From contig OX597820.1 in assembly GCA_951406725.2 (NCBI GenBank), positions 59,768,001 through 59,832,000 on the forward strand: a stretch of DNA of 64,000 nucleotides, written 5' to 3'. The translations under genes were made by a program, and so were the position numbers. This document shows positions 14,131-25,842 of the stretch, one piece after another. Source of the stretch: Octopus vulgaris (taxonomy: Eukaryota). Each line of letters starts with the position of its first letter. Position 1 is the first letter of the stretch. The notes beneath the pieces were generated by a model. It searched no databases. It was not told the DNA's origin and saw nothing but the letters and a program-made list of their open reading frames with translations.

Positions 14131-14778
14131 TGTAGTTGTATTATTTTTCTGTAAATACGTGTAAATCCTTGGGCATTTGCCTGCTTCGAGCAAAGGCGGT
14201 ACCGTAACCAATGGACTAAATGTGAGGCGTGTTCATTGCAAGTTGAAAACTATATATTTGTCTGCGTCTCGGTATTCTTTTTTCCATCATTCCCAAGGCG
14301 CCTATTATTAAAAGGATTATTTCTGTTTTCATGCTTACATTCTACATAACTTTATTTCCATTATACCATCGTCCTGTATCTAGACTGTTCCATGTCTTTA
14401 AAAATAATTGTGGTAGAAGGCTGTATGCAAAGAATATTTTACAAGTTGTAGATAATAATAAAAAAAAAAAACGTTTCATTACTTCTTAATGAAACGTACA
14501 AAGCGTTATTCATTGAGATTAGAATTAATAAGGGGCAATCTATAACTTTTTTGGAGCTAGTTATTGCTCTCCGCGTGCTGGAAATTTGTAAATGTTTTCG
14601 ACTTTTAAGACAAGCAAAGAATACAAAAATACATGTGTGATAACTTTAACATCTTTTTAAATATTCTGTCCTCTATCTTGCACTTGTTCCAGTCTTTTGT
14701 CTGTCGCCATATTGGGGCACAGCCTTGATGGGTTTAGTCGAACAAATCGACCTATCAACAAGAGGCAATTTATATATA

Positions 14779-15717
14779 CGGTAACACCTCACTTTACGAG
14801 GACACGCTTTACGAGATTCCGGGTTTAGGAGTTTTATTTTTCAAGCACAACATCCAAATTTTAAACGAAGTGCAAAAGTTTCTACTAAAATAACAAATGC
14901 TTCTGCGTCTTACCGAGAAATTTATAGAGAGCAAAAAAAACGCTTCTTTTAAGCAAACATCTTTAGACTTGTTTTTTAAAAAGAAATCAACAAGGCGTAG
15001 GAGTGGCTGTGTGGTAAATAGCTTGCTTACGAACCACATGATTCCGGGTTCAGTCCCACTGCGTGGTACCTTGGGGAAGTGTCTTCTACTATAGCCTCGG
15101 GCCGACCAAAGCCTTGTGAGTGGATTTGGTAGACGGGAACTGAAAGAAGCCCGTCGTATATATGTATGTATGTATGTGTGTGTGTGTATGTTGGTGCGTC
15201 TGTGTTTGTCCCCCCAGCATCGCTTGACAACCGATGCTCATGTGTTTAGGTCTCCGTAACTTAGCGGTTCGGCAAAGTGACCGATAGAATAAGTACTAGG
15301 CTTACAAAGAATAAGGCCTGGGGTCGATTTGCTCGACTAAAGGTGGTGCTGCAGCATGGCCACAGTCAAATGACTGAAACAAGTAAAAGAGTAAAGGTGT
15401 AAGTCCGTCTACGAGTGTTTGTGAATCTAGGATCGCACGAGTCAAGTGCGAGTGAAAGTGATTCAGAAAACGATTATAATAATGATATAAATGATCTTGA
15501 CATTCTTTTTACTTTACATAAAATATTCTTTACATTCTACTGTTGTTTTGTTGCCATTTATTTAAGATTATTATAAATTTTAGAGGTAAAATATTTTTCT
15601 GGGAACAAATTACAATTTATAACATTGCTACTATGGGAAATTATTGCTCTGCTTTACGAGTTTTCGCTTTACGAGCGGTTTCCAGGAACAAATTATCTCC
15701 TGTATCGAAGTATTACA

Positions 15718-15718
<1 letters not shown>
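14779..15718 (+). mobile_element. Tigger/pogo-like deleted DNA transposon with nested SINE
   Basis: TA-flanked degenerate TIRs (cggtaacacctcactttacgag / ctcctgtatcgaagtattacag), repeated TTTACGAG subterminal motifs, and transposase C-terminal remnant KQTSLDLFFKK. Confidence 0.65.
14993..15396 (+). mobile_element. tRNA-derived SINE family A, full length
   Basis: ggcgtaggagtggctgtgtggta...ccgggttcagtccc head, internal microsatellite, tail ...cagtcaaatgactgaaacaagtaaaagag. At least 10 further full or partial copies in the window. Confidence 0.9.
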
Positions 15719-15803
<85 letters not shown>

Positions 15804-16253
15804 TTTTGGAGTTTGTTATTGCTCTCAACTAGTGGAAATTTCTAGATGTCATCAATTTTTTTTAACAAGGAAGGAATACAAACATACATGTGTGATAACT
15901 TTAACATCTATTTAAATATTTAAACTTTCATCTTTTATCTTTTATTTGTTCCAGACAGTGGCCATGTTGGAGTACAACCTTCATGGGTTTCGGCGAACAA
16001 ATCAATCTCTGTGTTTATTAGTTTTTATTTCTGAGCTTGGTTGTTATTCTATTGGTCTCTTGTGCTGAAGTTATGAGATGTGAACAAAACAACACCAGTT
16101 GAGAAGCGGAGTACGAAGACAAAGACATGCGCGCGCATACAAACACACATGTATGACGGGCTTCCATGCAGTTTCCGTCAACCAAATTCTTTCATAAAGC
16201 ATTGGTCGTCCTGGAGCTTAGTTGAAAATACTGTTAAGCAGTAAGATTGAAAC

Positions 16254-17010
16254 TGTTGTGGTGAGAGTCATTGACACCCCTGGCGGACTGAAGAATGGAC
16301 TAGCCGAATTCTTATAAAAAGTAGAGGCTGGTAGTAGTCGGGGGAGAACGTTTTTGGTAGTCTCGCGAGGTACGTCATGTGAACACATTGATTAAATCTC
16401 CGCTACCTAATTTATCTATACCAGGATATAAAAGTGGCGACGAGATATTCGAAGCTTGCGTCGGACGTTTAATTTTTTTTTTTTTTTGGTGCGAAACCAA
16501 AGAAAAAATGATTTAACATGGAAGACTTGTTGGCTCGCATGGTGCAGTTGCAACAGCAACAACAACAGCAACAACAGCAAATACAAAAACAACTACAACA
16601 GCAACAACAACAATACCAACAGTTACTAGATGTAATGTTGAAGAAGTCTGAAAATACTTCAGGTTCATTCTCGTCAGACAGCGTAACAAATTCAAATGGA
16701 AAATTTATTTATAACCCAGAAGAAGGTACTACTTTTTCTTCATATTTTAGAAAATACGAAGAAATCCTCAGAGAAAGATGTAAAAATTTGAATGACGAGA
16801 AGAAGGTGCAACTACGAAAAGTACTGCAGCCCCTGTTCAATACACGTTGGCAATGTTTAAATTTAGTTAAAAAAGATGAAGATTTCGTCGCCTATGCTGG
16901 GGTCGTTGATAGAGAGTGTGAAAATTCAAATTAAATTAATTAACCCAGTTTTGTTCAAATGTCTGAAAAGATGCTGATATACGTTCCCCTATATTAACAA
17001 AATTAAAACA
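16254..17010 (+). mobile_element. Ty3/Gypsy LTR retrotransposon 5' stub: LTR (~16254-16431), PBS (16435-16444), truncated gag
   Basis: TGT start, TATA-like and attaaa motifs, PBS TGGCGACGAG. ORF 16518-16934 has polyQ, then F.YNPEEGTTFSSYFRKYEEI and LFNTRWQCLNLVKK..DFVAYAGVVDRECE, as in invertebrate Gypsy gag. Confidence 0.8.
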
Positions 17011-17015
17011 TTAAA

Positions 17016-17088
17016 GAGCTCATTTGGAGTTCGAACCAGGGACGTCTCGCATACAAATCGAGAATCATTACCTCTTGACCAGCGTGCC
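17016..17088 (-). pseudogene. tRNA-Pro-like pseudogene
   Basis: ggcacgctggtcaagaggtaatgattctcgatttgtatgcgagacgtccctggttcgaactccaaatgagctc is colinear with eukaryotic tRNA-Pro (GGCTCGTTGGTCTAGGGGTATGATTCTCGCTTNGGGTGCGAGAGGTCCCGGGTTCAAATCCCGGACGAGCCC); anticodon and stems are mutated. Confidence 0.7.
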
Positions 17089-17807
17089 GCAAGCTCAAAC
17101 ATCCTAAATCTTTCGACTGTACACTTTCTCGATTATTATATTTTATTTATTGTTTATTTATATTGCTTTTGGGAAACAAATTCGTTATTGGATATTAGTT
17201 TCCAACAGTCACTGGTTCATTGGATATTTTTGACAGTAAGCGTGAGGAAGACAGGGATCGTTTGAGCAATTCGGACAGAACAAATACCACACATTTTTTC
17301 CATTTGAAAACACACCCCACCTTTAAAAATTTTTTTTTTTTACCTCGCTAATGTTTACATCATTCATCGTCATATATCGACGAGCAAACTCGAGAACTAT
17401 ATGAAGAAGAAGAAGAAGAAGAAGAAGAAGAAGAAGAAGAAGAAGAAGAACTGGCACTTGACCGGGAAGATCTATGATCAAGCCGTTTTTGTTGTTTGTG
17501 TTTTAATAGTATGTGCGTGTGAGTGTGTGTGTATGTATGTGTGTGTGTGTATGTGTATTGTTTTTGTCCCCCACCACCATTTGATAAACGGTGTCGATGT
17601 GTTTACATCTCCGTAACTTAGCGGTTCAGCAAAAGTGGTCAATAAAATAAATACTGCGCTTAAATAAAGAGTGAAGTCGATTCGCTTGACTATAAAATTT
17701 CTCGAAGGCAGTACCACAGTCAGGCCGCTGTCTGACACTGACACAAGTAGAAAATGAAAGATATATGCCTCTATATCTATGTATGTATACACATTATATA
17801 TATATAT

Positions 17808-18283
17808 ATATTCTATAATTATATACATAATTATAATCAGAGGTCAGCTAATTGCTTCGCCACGCACTGAATTAGAAAATAGACGTCAATGTCTTTTCCA
17901 CTGCCATAAAGATCTCCGGGAGAGTAACAAACATTTTTACGTAGGCAAAAAGAAAAAAATAATGAATCCTCACGACTCAGATTAGCTGCATACGCGTTTC
18001 GATATTAAAGTAAAGTTATATTTACTTACATGCTGCACTGAAGATGAGAAATAAGTAAGAAAATATAAGTTTATATATATACTTTAATCTCGAAACGCGT
18101 ATGCAGCTAATGTGAGTCGTGTGGATTCATTATTTTTTCTTTTTGCTTACGTAAAAAAGTGTGTTACTATCTCGGAGATCGTTATGGTAGTAGAAAAGGC
18201 GTGCGCATCTATTTTCTAATTCAGTGCGTGGCGAAGCAATTAGCTGACCCCAGATTATAATTATGTATATAATTATAGAATAT
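17808..18283. repeat. Long imperfect inverted repeat (~220-bp arms, ~25-nt loop)
   Basis: 17808-18029 is the reverse complement of ~18055-18283 (e.g. ggtcagctaattgcttcgccacgcactgaattagaaaatag / ctattttctaattcagtgcgtggcgaagcaattagctgacc). Confidence 0.95.
18032..18107 (+). ncRNA. Type I hammerhead ribozyme (Penelope-type), intact core
   Basis: gctgca-CTGAAGA-t-gaga...tctc-GAAA-CGCG-TA-tgcagc: 6-bp stem I, 4-bp stem II, palindromic stem III, GUA site (cut after 18101). Confidence 0.85.
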
Positions 18284-18379
18284 TTGTATAATTTTCCTAA
18301 AAAGGTTATTTTGACGTACTGACTACTTGTAAAATTGTAAATTATTAATTAATTAATTTTACCCTTTTATTATTATTGC

Positions 18380-18516
<137 letters not shown>

Positions 18517-18538
18517 CAGAGAGAGAGAGAGAGATAGT

Positions 18539-18690
<152 letters not shown>

Positions 18691-19159
18691 CATACATACT
18701 TTCAAACATGTTTATATAGAGTGTAACCGGCCGAAACTGCAAAGACGATCTGGAGCTCGACTGAGGATAGGAAGCTCTGAATGACCCGTCCTTGATTTTT
18801 CGTGTTCTTTTTTGTATCACCTAACTGTCCGAATGTTTTGTTGTTGTCTGTTACGTTCATGCTCCATTTTTTTGTTTTCTTCATATATATATATTAATAT
18901 ACATACGTATGTATATATATATATGTATGTGTGTGTGAGTGTGTGTGTTTATGAAGTATATAAAATAAACCTATACGTATTCGTGTATGTATTAATGTAC
19001 TCATGTTTGTTGTGAAACCCAATAGCAGTGAGTAAGACAGTGCAGTTTTACATGTATGAACGTGTGTGTGTGTGTTTATGTAGTGATGTGAAACAAAATG
19101 CCGGTCTGTAGTCAGTATTGTAAAATACGACATATATAATGTACATGCGTGCATGTGAG

Positions 19160-19245
<86 letters not shown>

Positions 19246-19652
19246 GTGTATTGTAAAACCTCATACGCGAGAGTAGAAACTGCTTGTATAGTTCTATTTG
19301 TTTCTCAAATGATGTCTGATATTCTCATTGACATTCCGCTTTGGATCTGTGTCTGTCTGCGTGTATGGTCATATATACATATCTATATGTGCGCTCGTGA
19401 GTATTCGCGCCCATCGTGTGTGTGTGTGTGTGTGTTTTGGTGTATTGCGAACAAAAGTATTTTCGTCTTCTCTTATCGAAGTCTATGGCATGTTTTTAGT
19501 TCTTTAGGTTGTTTTCTGGTTATCACAGCCAGGTTCATGTTGGAGGACAATCTTTCAGTGTTGAATGTTCTATGGCTTTTGCGTCATCTCTGCACATAGT
19601 AAGAGATCAAATACTACTGTTGTTGTTTTGTACATGTATGTATGTGTGTGAG

Positions 19653-19707
<55 letters not shown>

Positions 19708-19942
19708 ATGTATGTATGTATGTATGTATGTATGTATGTATATATAAAATACAAAATGGGACAACAAAACATACAGATAGACGATACAAAGAAAACAAGG
19801 TCGGGTCATTCGAAGTTTTCTTTCTTCAGTCAAGTACCAGATTATCTTTGCAATTTCGGTTATATACATACATACATACATATACATGCAAATATACATG
19901 CATACATACATATGCACATGCGTATATATATATATACACACA

Positions 19943-19989
<47 letters not shown>

Positions 19990-20181
19990 GTGTATGTATA
20001 ATGTGAAGACATACATTCGTACGTATTTTGATATATTCATACATATCCACATAGACACGAGCTTACAAACGCTTTTATATATATACATAATATTTGAGTA
20101 CCTTCAATTACGAAGTGCTGCAGATGAATAAAGGTAAATATAATTTAAAGTTATACATATTTTTTTCATAAATATGGGAGT

Positions 20182-20390
20182 ATACTGCTGAAGATTGTAT
20201 TAAGTAACAAATTTTAATTATAATTATTTAATATTAATTATTTATTAATTATTAATTATTATTATTATTAATTATTTATTAATTATTAATTATTATTATT
20301 ATTAATTATTTAATATTAATTATCTAATTATAATTATTTAATAATTTTAATTATTTAATATTTTCACTAAACATGAAACTAGTTCAGTAT
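20182..20390 (+). ncRNA. Type I hammerhead motif with a very long AT-rich stem II insert
   Basis: atactg-CTGAAGA-ttgt...(~175 nt)...acat-GAAA-CTAG-TT-cagtat: 6-bp stem I, palindromic stem III. Confidence 0.65.
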
Positions 20391-20579
20391 TAACCACTGT
20401 AATTTTAAAATAAACTGAATTCATCTCTCCCGCTTTTACAGTTATTTCGTAGTCAAGGCAGATTGTTGACGTTTTATTTAAACATCCCTTATTCAACATG
20501 CATAGAAGCTAAGATTTTTAACTGCTCCCTTCCCTCCCTCTCTCTTTCTCTCTTTCCCTCTTCCCCCCCCTCTCTCTCT

Positions 20580-20970
20580 CTCTATATATATATATATGTA
20601 TAAATATATAAACGGCAAAATGTCTGTCTGTGTGTGTGTGTATTCTTTATACAAATCCACAATTTTTCAGTTAGAGGGCTCGCACTTTCTATGGTCATTC
20701 AAAACCGTCCAAGGGTGGTCGTGCACATCTTTACATTTACCCAGTCACCCCGCAAAGCCATTAAAAAGTCAATAGAAGTGACTTTTTTGTGAATTTTCTA
20801 TCCAAATCCCCATCAAAATGCCCGAAATTTGATACGCCAATCGAATGCCAGCTAGCTGTAAGTGATTGGTCGGAGATTTGGACAGTACTCGTGTGTATGT
20901 GCGCACGCACGCAGCTGTATATGCATGCACTAGCACTATGACCCGGCAACACCGGGTCATAATGCGAGTA
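20580..20970 (+). mobile_element. Non-autonomous Helitron-like element
   Basis: 5' tctatata..aaacggc..tgtctg start shared with the 32700 and 47075 elements; 3' hairpin atgacccgg-caaca-ccgggtcat followed by a degenerate CTAG (cgag) then T. Confidence 0.65.
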
Positions 20971-21711
20971 TACGTCTGTGTGTGTGTGTGTGTGTGTGTG
21001 TATTATATATCAAGAGACTTAAAACGAGGGACATGTTGGTTGAGATATTCTATGAAAATACAGATAATAAACCACTGCGCAAAATTATTTGTTGATTAAA
21101 ATAATCTGCGTTTATATATTTTCTTCTCAGCAAATGCTGAGCGGATGTATGTAAAACGGCATTCAACGAAAGAGAGCGCCGAGTTACAAAAGTTTGAAAA
21201 TCACTGCTCTATTGCGTTGAGGCAATCTAACTGGAAAGTACTTGCACAGACACTATGAAGGCTTTAGTTATGTATTTGATGTTTATTAGTAGAGAAAAGT
21301 GTACGTTGTAATGTGTTTCTCTGATGTGTTTATTAACTAGGCTTTGGTCAGTGTTGATGAAACAAATGCATGGTGGAGATTAATAATGGTGTATGCGCTA
21401 AGGTACTTGATGTGGTTGGTGGACTCGATAATTTCACTTCAACGTGAGGTAAGGTAAATAGTGTTGAACAATGATTATGTCAAAGAAAGAAAGACAAAGG
21501 CGACCACTAAAAGTAAAAAGTAAATAAAACGAACTGAAGCTCCAGAGTCCCAAATAATTATGGTTACAAATGAATAATGTGGATATACTGATCTATAGAA
21601 AAACATGTTGACAGCTACGGTTTAGACCTCTTCAGTGAAATATACCCAAACCGAGTAGGATATTTGAACATTATTTCTATCAAGTTTAGCGTCTTCTCAG
21701 TGACTCCCTTT

Positions 21712-22105
21712 CTCTTTTACTCTTTTACTTGTTTCAGTCATTTGACTGTGGCCATACTGGAGCACTGCCTTTAGTCGAGCAAATCGACCCCAAGACTTAT
21801 TCTTTGTAAGTCTAGTACTTATTCTATCGGTGTCTTTTGCCGAACCGCTAAGATATGGGGACGTAAACACACCAGCATCGGTTGTCAAGCGATGTTGGGG
21901 TGACAAACACAGACACACAAACACACACATATATATACATATATACGACGGTCTTCTTTCAGTTTCCGTCTACCAAATCCACTCACAAAGCTTTGGTCGG
22001 TCCGAGGCTATAGTAGAAGACACTTGCCGAAGGTGCCACGCAGTTGGACTCAACCCGGAACCATGTGGTTGGTAAGCAAGCTACTTACCACACAGCCACT
22101 TCTGC
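21712..22105 (-). mobile_element. SINE family A, full length
   Basis: Reverse complement of 14993-15396. Confidence 0.9.
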
Positions 22106-22113
22106 GCAAATAT

Positions 22114-22440
22114 GCGTGGCACCTTGGGCAAGTGTCTTCTACTATAATCTCGGGCCGACCAAAGCCCTGTGAGTGGATTTGGTAGATAGAAACTGAAAGA
22201 AGCCCGTTGTATATATGTATATATATGTGTGTGTGTTTCTGTATCTGTGTTTGTCTCTCCAACATCGCTTGACAAGTGATGCTGGTGTGTTTGCGTCCCC
22301 GTAACATAGCGGTTCAGCAAAAGAGACCGATAGAATATGTACTAGGCTTACAAAGAATAAGTCCTGGTGTCGATTTGCTCAGCTAAAAGGCGGTGCTCCA
22401 GCATGGCCACAGTCAAATGACTGAAGCAAGTAAAAGAGTA
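22114..22440 (+). mobile_element. SINE family A, 5'-truncated, directly inverted to the previous copy
   Basis: Starts gcgtggcaccttgggcaagtg, ends aagtaaaagag. Confidence 0.9.
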
Positions 22441-22744
22441 TATTGTGTATTGATTATTTATTTCATATTTGTATGTTAACTTTCTGTTACATTTGGTCCC
22501 TTATTCGTTGACTCGCTATTTCCCAGCGGCTTCTCGTTGCTGGCACCACCAAGTGGGAGTGATATTATCGTTAAAGGCGCGAAATTGCCGAGATACTTTG
22601 GCCGATAATTGATGAGGATTTGACGACCTTATGTGTCTGTCTTCCGTTTGTTTGTGCTTATATTATGCTTTTTAACTTATTATTTAACGGAAGGGTATAC
22701 ACTGTCTCGTATTTTGTTTATGATAGTGAATATATATATAATAC

Positions 22745-23120
22745 TTGTTTCAGTCAATAGACTACTGCCATGCTGGGGCACCGCCTTCAAGAACTTTTTG
22801 GTCGATCGAATCGACCCCAGTTTATTGTTTTCAAAGCCTGATACTTATGTACTTATTCTGTTGGGTACTTTGCTGAACCGCTAAGTTAGTGGTTACGTAA
22901 CACACAAACGCGGGTACGTAAACATACCAACACCGGCTGTCAGGCGAAAGGGGTGGACAAACATACGCGCGCGCGCATATGGCGTGCCTCTTTCAGTTTC
23001 CCCACTACCAAATCTACACACAAAGCTTAGGTCGGTCCGAGGCTATAGCAGAAGACACTTGCCCAAGGAAACATAGTGGGACTGAACCTAGAACCATGTT
23101 GATGAAAAGCAAGCTTCTTA
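22745..23120 (-). mobile_element. SINE family A, older degraded copy
   Basis: cttgtttcagtca..gccatgctggggcaccgcc...gtgggactgaacc. Confidence 0.7.
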
Positions 23121-23633
23121 CTGCATACACACATACACACACACACTTGTGGCATATATGTATGCTTATACACAATCATATTCCTATTAGGTGTGCGTGG
23201 TATGTATGTATGTGTGTATGTATGTATGTATGTATGTATGTATGTATGTATGTATGTATGTATGTATGTATGTATGTATATATATTTGTATGACTGTGCG
23301 TGTGTGCACATGTGTCTATGAACGTGAGTGTATGCGTCCATATGCCACGGCCGTCGTCAATACAACGTCAATACAGTTTGTAAAGCAATTATTTCTGAAA
23401 AACAAAGCAAGACAAAACAAAACCAAACAAAAAAAAGAAAACTCACCAAAAATGCACAGCTTTATGTCAACATAGGAGGGATGGTTATAGGAGAGTCAGT
23501 GTGCTGGGGGTGAGGAGAAGTGGTCGGTGTAGGGGTGGGGGAGAAAGATTCAGAGGGGAGGGAAATAGGTGTCTGGGAGGGTTAGGAAAAGAGGTGGAGA
23601 TTTGGGGAAGATGAGAAATATGCGTATGCGCGC

Positions 23634-23673
<40 letters not shown>

Positions 23674-24025
23674 GTACACATATATAGATGTACACACACG
23701 CACTTATGTGTGTGTGCTTGTGTGTATGAGTGTATGTGTACATGCACCTTTGTCTATCTGCGTGTATGTAGTTATTTCTGCACACACACATACACACACA
23801 CGCACGCACACACGCACACACACACACAAACACACTCACAAACACATGGTTTGATATATGTATATGCATGTTTATGCTTATACGTGAAGTTGTATGCGTA
23901 TATAAGCAGGTATGTACATGCGCATATACGTAGTATGTATGTATGCATGTATGTATACATGCTTGTACATATATTGTTGATATCTACATTTGAATATTGT
24001 AAATATGTCTGCAAATATGCAATTA

Positions 24026-24103
<78 letters not shown>

Positions 24104-25554
24104 TGTGTGTTTGTGTGTTTGTATTTATATGTACATGTATATGTGTGTTACTGTCTGTATATACGCATGTGAATGTATGCGCGCACACTTGTACATACAC
24201 ACATGTATGAGCGTGTCTGTTGGATATACAACTACTACAAATGCCACCACCAAAGCTACTATTAATACTAATACCACCCACCACCACTACCACCACCACC
24301 ATCACCACTACCACCACCACTACTACTATTACCACTACTTCGTTACCTGCAAGCGATTGTAATATGATGATAGTGATGATGATGAGGAGGAGCAGGATGA
24401 GGAGCATGAGGGAGATGATGATGATGGTGGTAGTGGTGGTGTTTTTGATGAGGATGATGATGACAATGATAATGATGATAGTGGTTGTGGTATTGGTGGT
24501 GGTAATGATGACGATGATGATGATATTGATGATGATAGAAGAAGAAGAAGAAGAAGAAGAAGAAGAAGAAGAAGAAGAAGAGCAATAGGAACATGGACAA
24601 CAACAACGACAACAGCAATAACAAAACCTAACTAGAGCAAGATGAATAAAAAAAGTTGTAGCGATAGAACTGGAAGAGAAGGGATGTAGTAGAAAGAAGA
24701 GGGTGAGGGAATAAGTAGGAAGCAAAGCGCCCTCTGTTGGCAAGATGAAGAATGGCAGAATCAAATGACTGTTTATTTTTCTCAGCCAACTATTTACTGT
24801 TAGTGAGATGTGAGAGGGACAGACAGACAGACAGACAACCGATTCAGACAGCGACCACCCACGAACGGACGGTTGGCTGGTTGAATGGATGGTGGACTTG
24901 TTGGCTGGTAGGTGGTGTGGTTAGTGCGGTGGGTTAATGGGTTAGTATGGCAGGTGGGTGGGTTTGTATTTCTCGGTGTAGCTGGTTGTTTTGTGGGCTG
25001 GTTAGTTGGCTGGTTGTGACTGAGTGTGTGGTTCTTATTGATGTTGTTGTTGTTGTTGTCGTCGAACAACGCTTGGTCAGTTGTGGGCGAGTAAATCTTT
25101 GGTACGCCAAACGACGAAGTGCTACCCAGAGATCTGATAATTTTTTCTTCAGTTTTACCATGGCCTCCGCTGAAGTGAGGGCTGATCAGGCTATACAATC
25201 TGCTTCTATGTTGTCGTATGCTTGCTAAAATAGCAACCAAACCTCCCTCATGAACTAATTCTGCTGACCAAAAATTATTCGCAACAGTTTTTTTGCATGT
25301 AAAAATATTGTGGCAAGATGATAAGCTAGATTTGTGTAGACTCTACAGTGCTGATATTATTTACTGGTCTGAAACACTTTCATACTTCGTCATGTGCGAC
25401 AATACTAATATTAGTTTAAAACAACAATTAGTGTATCATACCTGAAGCAGATACATTGTTGAAATGTATCTGCTATATATATAGGGAGAATTCACGAAGA
25501 CAGGTGGTGTAGAAAACAAACAGATGTATTATAAAGCTTGGGAATTAAAAAAGT

Positions 25555-25590
25555 CTTTAACGTTTCGAGCCTACGCTCTTCCACAGAAAG
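25555..25590 (-). ncRNA. 36-nt minimal hammerhead motif with A6U core variant, in a repeat fragment spanning ~25483-25665
   Basis: cttt-CTGTGGA-a-gagc-gtag-gctc-GAAA-CG-TT-aaag. Confidence 0.6.
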
Positions 25591-25662
25591 GAACACAGAA
25601 AGAAACAAGGAGAGAAAAAAAGGAAAGAAAAAATGTGTAGTGGCTAGCGAAATATCATGGCG

Positions 25663-25701
<39 letters not shown>

Positions 25702-25796
25702 ATATAGGATAAAATTTTTCGAAAAACATTTTATCAATGGCCAGCATATTAAAAAATACCGTTAAAGGTTAAATTTATAAATTTATAAATAAATAA

Positions 25797-25842
<46 letters not shown>

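Noticed and set aside
14993-15060. Functional tRNA genes at SINE heads
   Set aside because: A/B-box-like sequences continue into SINE bodies and do not form complete cloverleaves.
16288-16312. CTGAAGA...ccGAAttc in the Gypsy LTR
   Set aside because: Lacks GAAA, a UH site and stem I.
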